A stretch of DNA of 64,000 nt from Azolla caroliniana (lineage: Eukaryota; Plantae; Polypodiophyta): NCBI GenBank assembly GCA_043228905.1, contig JBHGNT010000010.1, positions 13,702,001 through 13,766,000 on the forward strand, read 5' to 3'. Positions 13,381 through 24,697 of the stretch are shown one piece after another. Position numbers and translations under genes: made by a program. The stretch's first letter is position 1, and each line of letters begins with the position of its first letter. The notes beneath the pieces are model-generated. The model saw nothing but the letters and a program-made list of their open reading frames with translations, was not told the origin of the DNA and did not search any database.

Positions 13381-15177
13381 TGTTGAGAATCAAGCTCAAC
13401 ATAGTGCAACGTGTGAACATACCTTTTGAGAATCCATGATTACTCAAAGGTCAAGAGTCACACCACTACTCTCTACACATTAACTATGTGTCATAGAATC
13501 ATATTCTATGACACATAACTAATTAGTTACATATTCCCCATGACTATGAGTCTTCACATTCCCCAAGAGAGAGAGTGGTTGTTGTAAGTTAATGAAGAGA
13601 GAGGGTGACTCTATATACAACACCCTCCTCATACTTTATACTAAGTCGGTTCTGACTCCTTATTATGCTACATTTTGTAATTCTTATTCTACTTGTGAAA
13701 TATACACCTTCTTCTTGAGTATTCCTTTTTCTATCTATCTAGTGTTCTCTCATCTCTCCTCTAATTCCTCTCACACATACACATAACACACATCTCTTCC
13801 GCTACACAAGAATCTTCATCGATTCTTTACATGGTATTAGAGCGATTTGGTAGCTTGATCTAACCCATTCGCCTCATCGTGATCGTGTGTTGACGCCCAA
13901 AACTGAAACTCCTTACCTAGCACCAGCTCTACGCCGACGTTCAAGAAGAACCGGCTCATCGCTATCGTAGTACCACTACATAACTCGTGGTCGAGAGAGA
14001 ATGAAAAGAAGCTTAATCGACAATGAATACTCAAATGGGGAGCGCTCTCCCTAGCGAGAAGTTGGATCACAACAACTTTGCATCTTGGGAGTACAAGATG
14101 CACCAATACCTTGTCGGGCAAGCGTATTGGGGTTACATCAAAGGAGCACAAGAAAACCGACCCAACCTGAAAGACGCCGACTACGCAACATGGGAGCAAG
14201 CGGCAAGTCGAGTGATGTATTGCTTGGCGACATGTGTTCACGACCACATGCTCGGCTACATTCGAGAAGCCGAGACGCCGAAGGAAGCGTGGGAGAATCT
14301 ACGAAAGATTTTCGCTGCCAACACGACCGCGACACGCTTCAACTCTCCCAAGAGTTGAACAACATCCAACAATGGGATATGTCCATCACGAGCTACACCT
14401 TGAAGATCAAGGAACTTTGCGACTCGCTTGGCTCGATAAGCGTCAACGTGGACGATGACGAAATGGTGCAAATATGCCTCGGTCGCCTCACACCACAGTT
14501 TGGCGCGATGTGGGCCACCGTACTAGCACAGGAGAATCCACCCTCCTTCTTCGATCTTCAATCCATGTTGTTGGTCGAAGAGAATCATGTTCGAACAAGG
14601 AGCAACGCCTCGGATGACCACATGCTCTACACGCATTTGGATGGAGGAAGAGGACGCGACCGTGCAAAAAGAGGCCGATTCGGCCAAGGATGGGGTGGAC
14701 GAGGCCCGACTTACGAAAACAACTCGCAATTTTGGCATCAAGACGGAAGCCATCGAGGAACCTTCTGAAGAAGGGGGAGCTTCCATTCTGGTCCGAGTCA
14801 ACAATACTCAGTCGAATGCGGATATTGCGGAAAAATCGGCCACTGCGAAGAAGAGTGCCGAAAGAAGATGCGTGAGTCGGCTTCCACTAGTCAAAAACTC
14901 ACCAATTACACCACCGACTCTGAGTACGACGACTACGGTGGATTATTCATAATGAGACACAGAGCGAATTCTATGTCAGCCTCTACTTCTACTAGTGCCT
15001 CCGGTCCGGAAGACGTATGGTTCGTCGATTCCGGTGCCTCGAACCATATGACGTCGCATCAAGAATGGTTCCGAGAACTTCGAGAGCCAGACCGACCCAG
15101 CTATGTCGAAACCAAAGATGACACTACGCACCCGATTTGGCACATTGGCAATGTTCCGTTCAGAAAAGAAGGAGGAA
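13381..15177 (+). mobile_element. Copia-A: 5' LTR, PBS, gag and protease start; 3' part missing
   Basis: LTR TGTTGAG(13381)...TTTACA(13831); PBS TGGTATTAGAGC 13832-13843 (tRNA-iMet type); gag 14023-14870, frameshifted, with CxxCx4Hx4C near 14817; protease WFVDSGASNHM. Confidence 0.85.
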
Positions 15178-15612
15178 TGTTAACTGTTAGGGCCGGACAA
15201 TGGCCTAACACAGGGTGTCTACGGAAGACACTTCCCCAAAGGGTGTTACGGCAACCGGATCCGCCTCAACGCTTAATCCTATTTAATTAAGTTACTTATT
15301 ATGATCGTCTTTCATAACACACGCGTAAGATATAACAATTAAGACAGAACGGCAATTAACATAGAGAGATAACCACGCTTAAGCTTTCATTAATTAACCG
15401 CTAATGATTACATTGTATCCGGGCCTTTAAATAGGTTTCCGGTCTGTATTACAAAACGGTGCCATCCGCACCTGTTCGGGATCGGTCCTGATCCGGAACG
15501 GCATACCGTTTCCGGTCCGTCCGTCCACACTCATAGCTTAATTACAACCACATTCCTACTACTTAAATAACTCTCCGTTTCCCACTCTGGACTCCTTTGC
15601 CGGTCGGTAACA

Positions 15613-15666
15613 CATGGCACGCCCGTGGGACAGTACCTTGTACGTCGAATCCACAACCGACCCTTG
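15613..15666 (-). other. tRNA-3'-half-like element in place of the PPT of Gypsy-X1
   Basis: Sense strand GGTCGGTTGTGGATTCGA-CGTACAAGGTACT-GTCCCACGGGCGTGCCA-TG|LTR; conserved in X2 at 49272-49321. Confidence 0.75.
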
Positions 15667-18651
15667 CTATTCTTCGTCCAAAATGTCCAGAATGCTTTGT
15701 TCGAGAGGCTCCAATGGTTCATCTGGAAGTGGTTGTTGTTGTTGTTGTTGCTGCTCTGTTGATGTCTGCTGCGGCGGGTCCGTTGGTGGTTGCTGTGACT
15801 GCTCCTCCGTTTGTGGCTCTGACACCGGCGTCTCCGTCGTTGCTCCCTGCGTCGTAGTGGTCTCCGGTTGACTGGTTCCTGGCTGGCCCTCAGTCGGCGA
15901 CGGTTCCTCATCACTAAGGTTAACCGTTGCCGCTTCCCATGCTTTTTCTTCCCGAACCTGGGACCGCTCGTAGCTTTCAAACTAGATTTGAGCGTCCAGC
16001 CTATCATCGTCTAGTTGAGCTACGAGCTGCCTAACCTGCGCCAGCTGTTCATCTGCCAGGACTTGGAAGTCGTCGGCCAGCTCGTCCCGTATGGCGATGA
16101 AGTCCTCGGAAGTCAACGTATAACAATCATCTCCTTCCTTCCGCCGGTTTGCCACATCTGCCCGTAGCAACTGGAGTTCCGCCGCGTTTTGTGCCCACTT
16201 TGTCCACCATTTTACGGAGCTTTCATCAATCAAGTGTTTTGTCTGATTCAGCCATGCCCGGAGGATGGATTGAATCCGGCTCATTCCCAATTGCGATTTG
16301 GTTTCCGTCGCTTGCCGTTCCTCCTTCAGTTGTTTGATGATTTTGACGTTGTCCTCCGCCTGCGCCTTGTAATGCGTAAATTGCCTTTGATATGTGCTTT
16401 GTAATTTCTGCAATACTGTTGACGCTCTCTCTTTGTCTTCCTGCTGCTGCCTCTGGAGCTCCATCTGGACCTTCTCCGCCTCGTCCAAGCGTCTTGTATT
16501 TTCCGCACGTTCGTCGGCGATCGCCGTCGCGGCCCGATCAACTGCCTGCTGGAGCTCGGCCATCCGTTCTTTATGCTCCGTTTCCAGCCGTTTGTAGTCC
16601 CGGTGCAAGTGCTCAAAATCATCTGTCTTTTGCTTGAGCCGTGCGTTGATATGATGACGAGCCCAGTCCTCACGGTCCTTCTGCTGGCGGAGCTCTTCCT
16701 TTAGCCGTTCAATCTCTGTTTCCGCCGTTTTCCGCAGCTTGTCCTTTTCTTGCAGCACTTTGTCTTTCTCCTCCTTTAGCCGGTCGTACGCTTGATGGCC
16801 TTTCCGGAGGCTCTCCTCTGCCCGGCGGAGGTTCTCAGCAGTCTTCTTTAATTCGGCTTCGGCCACTGTCTTCAATTCTCGTTCACGGCTCCTTAGCGCT
16901 TCTTGTGCGGCAAGTTCATCTCTCAATTCCGCAAGCTCCTGGGCTTGCGCCGCATCTCTCGCCGGAATGGTTTCCGTTGCCGGGGTCTTATTGCTATGTA
17001 CCGGTCATTCCGTTTCTTTATTCTGTACACTTACCGGAGTCACCGGTGATTGGATCTGTGTTGCCGTTAAGGCCATTTTGGCCATCTCTGTCATGACCTG
17101 ATCCAAGTCTTTTTCAAGGCACAGGATTCTGGACCGGGCCGTCTCTAGTTGTTCGGTTGTGACGAGCAACCGTTCGCTTTGCGCTCTTTCTTCCGCCTCA
17201 ATATACCCCACTGCTCCGGCTATCTGTTCGCCTATCCACCGGAGCCACAGGCTACCGGTGCCTTGTTGTGCTTGCACGGAGGTTTGACAGATGGGCTCAC
17301 TTGTAGAGGGGTGGTCCTGCCTGGTTGCACCGAGTTGCAGTTCCGTTTCTGCCCGTGGACCACCCTGCTGTCCTGGTTCCCCTTGCGCTTCTTCTTGGCT
17401 AACCGAGGGAGGCTGCATTGACCTTTCCGGCTCTGGCGGGATGGGACTTGCCGGTGTTGCCGGTGGTGCCGGGGCTTCTGTTTCCGGTGCCATGTGCACC
17501 GGTTCCGGTTCCTTCCTTGGCGTGGGAGTCTCACTAAGGGGAGCCGGTGTTCCCTCCGTCTGAGGGTCCGAACGTTTCCCGGCTGTCTCAACGGTCCTTG
17601 CCGACGACTGTCGCTGGAGGTGCTCTGTGGGCTCCTCCTCTATTTCCTCCTCCTAAGCCCCGACATTGAGTTTTGCCGCCAAGGGGTCCGCTTCTCTATT
17701 CACCGGTCGGCGGAGTGTGACCTTTATGGGCCGTGCCGGTGGTTCCTCCTGCGCCTCCGTTGGGCGCTTCTGGCTGCCGCTTCCTACTGCCGCTGCCTTT
17801 CCCTTAGTGTCCTTAGAGGCCAACATCTGTTGTCGTTTGGAAGCCGTCTTTGGGGTGTCGTCCGCCACTCTTCCTTGCTTCTTGGGCTGGACGGGTGGCA
17901 CAAGCAAGGTGAGCCACTGCATTACGGCGTGCCATATCCTCCGTCCGTCTCGGCCTTCTTTGTCGTCTTTGCCTCTCACGATCTCGATGGCTGCACACAA
18001 CCCGTCTGCGATCAATACCGGCCAATCCACCTTGATCCCTTCATAGGTGGCAATGATCATCCCTGCCCGGTTCTGCTGCATGACAGGGGGTCTAGGGTAC
18101 ACGTGGCCGTACTCGTGGAGCACATGAGCAATCTCGCGGAACAACATGTCTCCGCCGCCCTGTGTCCGGTAGCCTTTGCTGGCTAGAGAATACTCACCAA
18201 AATACCTGATGAGTTGCTCCGGGGTTGGATTGTCGATCGTGAGTATGCCTCCCTCTGGAAGGCCTGTTAACGCTCGAATCGCTTCTGCCGTTATGACCTC
18301 TATGTTGATTTCTTTGATCACTTTGTCGGCTTCTTTGTGTGGCGGTACTTCCATCATCATCAAGAAGCCCTCGAGCCCGTGTTGCTTTAGCCATGTCTTG
18401 GTGGCTTCCGATAGTGTTTGCGGGTCCATTTCTGTGTCGAGGTCGGATTGCGGTGGCGAGGTTGGATGATGATGAGAGTGAGGTTGAGAGAGAGAAAGTT
18501 CAGAAGGCGGGGGTTCTCTGTGCGCAGGTTCTCGTCTGATGATCTTGCAGCGTCTTGGTGCTTCTGTGCTCCTGGGTTCGCGAAAGTAAAGGGTCTCTAC
18601 GCGCAGTGGTTTTTGTCTGTGCATTCTGGCGCCTTTTTCGAGTGTGTGCAT
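15667..18651 (-). pseudogene. Extra ORF3 of Gypsy-X1, frameshifted (~1000 aa: conserved N-domain, low-complexity linker, coiled coil)
   Basis: ORF pieces 17653-18651, 17005-17499, 15982-16926 are collinear with X2 pieces; ends EQSILDILDEE* at 15667. Confidence 0.8.
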
Positions 18652-18825
18652 GTCGTGTACTAAAATAGCATTATGTCCTATGGTGGCGCTTTAAATGCCC
18701 ACTACGTGCCTTTTCGCTCCTCGCTCTTTCATCCATTCATTCCTCGCTTTTGCATGATTGTTTTTTTTAATTTTTAATTTTTAATTTTTTAATTTTTTTT
18801 AATTATAATTTAATTTAGTGTGACG

Positions 18826-21800
18826 TCACTTGTCCGTTGGTCCTCTTGGACCCTTACCGGCCTCATTCTCCCCAGTTACCGGATCGCCTTCTCTGCCGTC
18901 TTGGTGGTTGCCGTTTCCCTCACTGGTGTCGGTCCTTTGCTCAAATGGGTTCTTAGGCATCGGTCCTCTATATGGCTTCAACCGGAATCCGTTGACCCAT
19001 TTGCCTAGCACTTCGCCGGCAAGTGTCCCTAACTGGTAGGACCCATTATACTCCCGTGTTAGCCAATACGGTCTGGTCCATCTAAACCGTAGTTTACCCG
19101 GCATCTTGCCCATCCGGGTCTGAAATACTAACACCGGTTTGCCGATTGCGAACATTTTTTCGTTACCTTTCCTGTGCCGGTAGACAAATGCTTTCCGTCG
19201 CCGTTGCTCCAATTCTAAATGCAAGATGCTGGCCAGTCGTTGTTCCTCGAGCTCACACAGCACTGTCAACCGTATTGCCTCCGACTCCTTCTCGTTCAGC
19301 CGTTCCCGTAGCTGGATCCGTAAGCTGGGTACTTGGAATTCTACCGGCATGACCGCCTCTAGTCCGAACGCTAACCGGAACGGTGTTGTTCGGATGCTCG
19401 TTTTGTATGCCGTCCGGTATGCCCAAAGCGCGCTATGTAGCTTTGTGTCCCAATCCGTCCGGTTTTCGTTGACGATCTTCTGGAGGATATTCTAGAGCGT
19501 CTTGTTCGTTGATTCCGCTAAACCGTTCGCCTGTGGATAGTAAGGTGTGCTCCGTTTGTGGACAACGGCATAGAATGTCATCAGGCTTTCCACTACTTGG
19601 CCGAGAAAGTGCCCCCCTTGGTCGCTTATTAATTCAATTGGGCATCCATAACGGCACCAGATGTACTCATATAGAAACTTCGTCGTTGACGCAACGGTGT
19701 TATCCCTTAATGCTTTGGCCTCCACCCATTTCGTGCAATAATCCGTAGCAACGATGACGTACCGATTACCCGTTCTCATTGCCGGTGGCTTGAAGGGTCC
19801 TACAAAGTCCAGCCCCCACTTCTGGAATAGCTCGAGTGGTAGTACCGGCTGGTGTGGCATACGAGCCTGCTCCGTTGGTTGGCCCATTCTCTGGCATAGG
19901 TCACATTCTTTTGCGTATCGTACCACATCTCTTAGTGCCGTTGGCCACCATAGGCCACTTTGCCATATTTTCCTGGCCGTCGCATCTCCGGCATAGTGAC
20001 CTCCGGCAACTCCGCAGTGGGCTTCCCTCAGTATCAGTTCCTTTTCATCACTGCGCACCGCCCGTCTCCATATGCCGTCCGCGCCCTTGTGGTACAATGT
20101 GTCTTGCAGTAAGCAGAAATGTGGGCTTTGCACCGCCAGGCGTTTCCGTTCGTCCCAGTTCATCTCTTCTGGAGGCAGTCCTGTGCTCAGAAACTGGTGC
20201 ATATTTGTGAGCCATTTGTCTTCCTGTGCCACCGTCTCATCTGCTGCCGTCTCCGTAGTGACTCGAAACAGCTCTGCATCCGGAAACTCATCCGGTACTC
20301 CGTCTCTCGTCTCTCCGGACTCTAATCGGCTTAAGTAATCCGCCACGGCATGTTGTATACCGGGTCGGTGGAACATTTCAAACTCGAACTCCTGTAACAG
20401 TAAGGTCCACCGGGCCAATTTGCCGGTGAGTGACGCTTTGGACACCAGGTAAAGGAGTGCCGAATGATCTACATGGAAGGAAAACTTCCTTCCCAATAAA
20501 TAATGCCGAAACTTTGTCACACTGTAGATCATCCCTAGGGCTTCCCGTTCCGTGGTAGAGTAGTTTCGTTCTGCTTGGGATAGCTTTCGGCTGGCATAGT
20601 ACACTGGCCGGTACCATTTTGGCTCCGTAAGCTGCATAAGTACGCTTCCGATTGCGATGTCGGAGGCGTCTACGAACACGTGAAATTCTTTACTCCAATC
20701 CGGAGGTTGTACTACCGGTGCCTGCGACAATAGTACCTTGAGGGCCCTATACGCTCTATCCTCGGTGTCGGTCCACTGGAATGGTGTCCGATGTACGGCG
20801 GCATGCAACGGTGTAGCCAGGTCAGCTAAGTATCGGAGCATCCGGCTGTGCCACCGGATCTGGCCTAAGAACCGGCTTAATGCCTTTGCCGTTGCCGACG
20901 CCGGTGCTTCTAATATGGCTTTCACTTTGTCCGGGTCGACTGCAATACCTTCCTGGCTCACAATATGTCCTAATAAAGTTCCACTGGACACGCCAAATAC
21001 ACACTTTGCCGGATTCAAGCTTAGCCGGTACGCTCTACACTTTTCTAGACAAAGACAGAGGTGCTGAAAATGGTCCTCCTCCCGGCTATAGACGGCGAAA
21101 TCGTCAAGGAAAACCTGCATAAAAGCCGGTATATATTCACCAAAGATTTCCATGATGATTCGTTGAAATGTTGCCGGTGCCGTTTTGAGTCCGAACATCA
21201 TCACCACGGCCACAAACACCCCCCATTCGGTGACGAATGTCGTTTTCTCTTGGTCGTCGGGGTGCATCCGGATCTGATTATACCCGTTGAATCCGTCTAG
21301 GAAGCTATAGACCTCATGGCCGGCGACGACATCCAACACTCCATCTGTGAACGGAAGTGGAAACGCATCCGTTACCGTAGCCGCATTGAGTTTCCGGTAG
21401 TCCACGCAAACTCGAATTTTTCCGTTCTTCTTCGGTACGACTACGATCAGGCTCAACCATGTCGCTTTCTTTACCGGACGGATAAAGCCAACTCTTAGCA
21501 GTTTGTCGATTTCCTCCTTTACTTTGGCGGCATAATTGGGATTCATCCGGTATCGTCTTTGTGCCACTAGTTTTGCATCCTTGCTCAAGTGCACCTGATG
21601 CTGGTATAACTGAGGGTCGAGTCCTCGCATGTCTTCGTATGACCAGGCGAACACATTGCGAAATTCCGTGAGAAGTGTGATCATCGCTGTTTTGTCTTCG
21701 GACTTCATCTCCTTGGCGATGTGCACCGGTTTTGCTTCGTCCGTGGTGCCTAGGTTCACCTCTTCCAGTTGCGACGCTTTTACGCGCTGTGAAACGGCCA

Positions 21801-23621
21801 TTTCCCGTTCCAACGCTTCCTGCGCTTGCCGTAATTCCCGGATTGCGTCTTTATCCGGTTCTGCTTCAGCCTCTTCCGGTTGCGGTAAGTATGGTGCTAC
21901 TGCTTCGGCAATGTCAATTTCGAAGAGGGGTATGATCTTCGGGTTTTCCTGCAGGTACTGAGCTTCTTCTTCGTCCGCTAACCCTTCTAGCATGTTGACG
22001 CATTCCGCATACAACGGTGTACATTCCTTGCCAGTGCTCGTCCTTGGCTGTGTTGGTACTCGTACCTTGGCTTTTCCTCGCCGGAAGGTAATTATATTTT
22101 TCCGCCAATTCTGTTTGATATGTGCCATTTTCAACCATGGCCGCCCCAGCAATAGCAGGTATGCGCCTTGTGCCTGTAATTGTAGCACTACGGCCGAGAT
22201 GTAAAATGTATGACCGCCGACGGTGACTTCTAATTTCCGTATTAATCCTGTCGGCCGCACTGAGCTTGTATCGGCCATCCGCAACCAGAACGGACACGAC
22301 TCCCACTCGTGAATTCCTAGGGCATCACACGTCCGGAGGCTTATTACATTCACCCCAGAGCCTTCGTCTATAACTGTGCCGGGGAGTTCTTTCCCTTTTA
22401 CAATGGCAGTGATTACCGGACTGTTGGTGTCCACCACCGTTGGTCCCTCCTCCGGATTCGAGAAGAGTACCGATGCCGATGATGGTTCTCCTGCCGTCAT
22501 GGCCGTCTTCAGTCCTTCCGTGAATCTTGGCACGAGTTGTAGGAGTCTTCCTAGTGGCAACGTAATCTGGCACTCTTGCAACGCCTGCCATGTCTCGTTC
22601 TCGGAGTGACTACCGCCGGCAAGCCCTGCGGTGTTCTCCTTTTGCCGTTGTAAATCTGTGACATTCTGTTCGTTTGCTTTCTTTACCCATTCCGTTGCTT
22701 GTTTCCGGATGGTCTCTTGCGTCTCCCATTCCTTGGCCATGCCCTTCGACCTTGTGGTCACCTGCTGCAAATCTGCCACCTCAGGGACTACCATATTTAC
22801 CGCCGGTCGTTTTTCATAGCTCTTCACCAGGCATTGGTTACTATAATGGCCTTCCTGTCGGCAGTAGTAGCAGTAGGCTTTCCGGGTATTGCTAGATTCG
22901 GCATTGTATGTTGTACCCGCGGCAGGTCCTACGGTACGCGCGGGGTTTTGTACCGGTTGGGTGCTTGGAGCTCCTTGTTCCGGATCCCGGGGGTAGCTGC
23001 CTTTTTTTAAATGCCGTTTTTGTTATAGCTCTTCTTATTACGGTACTCTTGACGGGGTTGCCCGTTATATCTGCCGTATTCCTCCCGTTGCTGACGATAC
23101 CCGGGGGAGTGCTCCCGGTCATAATGTTCGTATCGTCTATTGTAACCCTGGTACCGATCATGCTGGTCATAGTTATCCCGCCGATCACCGTACCGGACAT
23201 CATTTTCCCGTCGATCGCCGTGCCGGACATCCTGTGCCGGTCGGTCGCGGTCCATTCGCCGCCAACGTTCGTCTTCTTCATCCCGGCTGTTGCGTGGCTC
23301 AATTTGTCGGACGGGCGGTGCTTGCCGGTTCAACAGATTATACTCGCACCTATCCGTCGTATGGCTCTTGGATTGACAGATTACACATTGCGTCCTCATA
23401 GTGAATTCTAGAGCCGAGTGTCCGGAATTCAAGCAGGTTGTGCACTGTATTGCTTGCCAAAACCAGAGGTCTTCATCGGACGGTAACGCCCGTTGAAGTG
23501 CTCCCAATGTGAGCCAGGAGCTTGTCTTTTCCATCTCTCTCACCCGGTCAATGACCTGGTTGATGGTACTTGTGCGGAAGTCAATTACCGTGCAAACCGT
23601 GCGTAGAGGTTCCCGGAGCGC
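18826..23621 (-). pseudogene. pol: Gypsy-X1 gag C-terminus and pol (PR-RT-RNaseH-IN)
   Basis: Zn knuckles; PR VIDEGSGVNVI; RT FLDGFNGYNQI..FLDDF; RNaseH VDAS..TEREAL..VDHSAL..ADYLSR; IN HHCC and WGLDFVGPF. Premature TAG at 19492; frameshifts near 22830-23010. Confidence 0.92.
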
Positions 23622-24142
23622 TGTCGTGAAGATTTTCGGCAATAGTGTGAAAATCCCATAAAACGTACAAAATCGAGTATGAATCACGTAATACAATAAT
23701 TGTGAAGATAACATTTTTAATATCTAAGTACAAAATGATGGAGGTTTCGAATGCACTTTATTACACGAGAAATGGACAACTAAATGTCAAGATATGAGGG
23801 TATAAAGTTTGTGAAAAGAAAAGAGAAAATTGTGAGATATCCCACATAGGCACGACAAATACGGCTCTCATCATATATAAGGTGGAGCAAAAGATATTAT
23901 CTTTGTGTCTATGTGTGGAGCATAGAGAGTTCAAGGTAACTTGAACTTAGAGTGGAGGTGGCTAGCTACTCGAAAAGGGTTTTGGCCAACCAAAACCGGA
24001 CCGGCGATGGAGTCGGTGATCCGACGGCATCCGACGGCAATCCGGGGGCACCGGTATCTGGCGTCGGCATCCGGAGGCGGCGGCCGCACTGGCATCCGGC
24101 GGCGGCATCCGACGAACCGGCGACTAGATAAAATAAATATAT

Positions 24143-24255
24143 AAAAATATTTTCATATACAAGGAGGGCAAGTATGGATTCAAACCTTACACCTCCAAGT
24201 TAGGAGTCAAATGGCTTACCATTAAGCCATGGTATTTAGTTGAAATTATATTTCT
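24143..24255 (-). ncRNA. tRNA-like Pol III unit in the Y1 LTR (second copy ~30845-30957)
   Basis: Minus strand: TATAATTTCAA, A box TGGCTTAATGG, B box GGTTCGAATCC (3' LTR copy; GGTTTGAATCC in the 5' copy), then T5. Confidence 0.6.
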
Positions 24256-24697
24256 ATCATTGTACTTTTACATGTAAATTCTCATACATGAGAGCTAAAA
24301 TGAGTGACATGGTTAGCATGCACCACATGTAATACTTAAGCGCCAAATGGCAAACATGCAATTTATGCATGTCTTGTACCCTCACATGCATCATATGCAT
24401 GAGAGCATCTATAAAAGAGGGAAGGGGGAGGAGAAAAAGGACGGTTTTTTTTATGAAAATTAAGAAGAAGAAATTTGTTATCAAATCAATCGTGTAATCT
24501 CATCTTCTCTCTTTCCCAATCTATCTTAAGTACTTTCTCGCCAAAGCTTGTATCGACTCTAAATCCTTCTGGTCCAGAACCCCGGCGGTTCCGCCTCACG
24601 ATCCGCGCGTAGTGACGGATTTTCACGACATAATCAAGTGGTGAACCCGACGTGAAAGAGGCGGTAGGAAGGATCAAGTCGAGATTAATACTTGGAG

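Noticed and set aside
15178-15631. Reading X1/X2 as plus-strand elements because of the PBS-like TGGCACGCCC after the left LTR
   Set aside because: gag-pol, ORF3, the LTR TATA and a second PBS are all on the minus strand, and no PPT precedes the right LTR on the plus strand.
15667-18651. ORF3 as a retroviral env gene
   Set aside because: No signal peptide, TM helix or fusion-protein features; mostly coiled coil.
23007-23714. ORFs crossing element junctions (23007-23714, 14868-15290, 63319-63771)
   Set aside because: Chance read-through between LTR and host element; not genes.
24143-24255. Functional tRNA genes in the Y1 and F LTRs
   Set aside because: A/B boxes are present but acceptor and anticodon stems do not pair; kept only as tRNA-like units.
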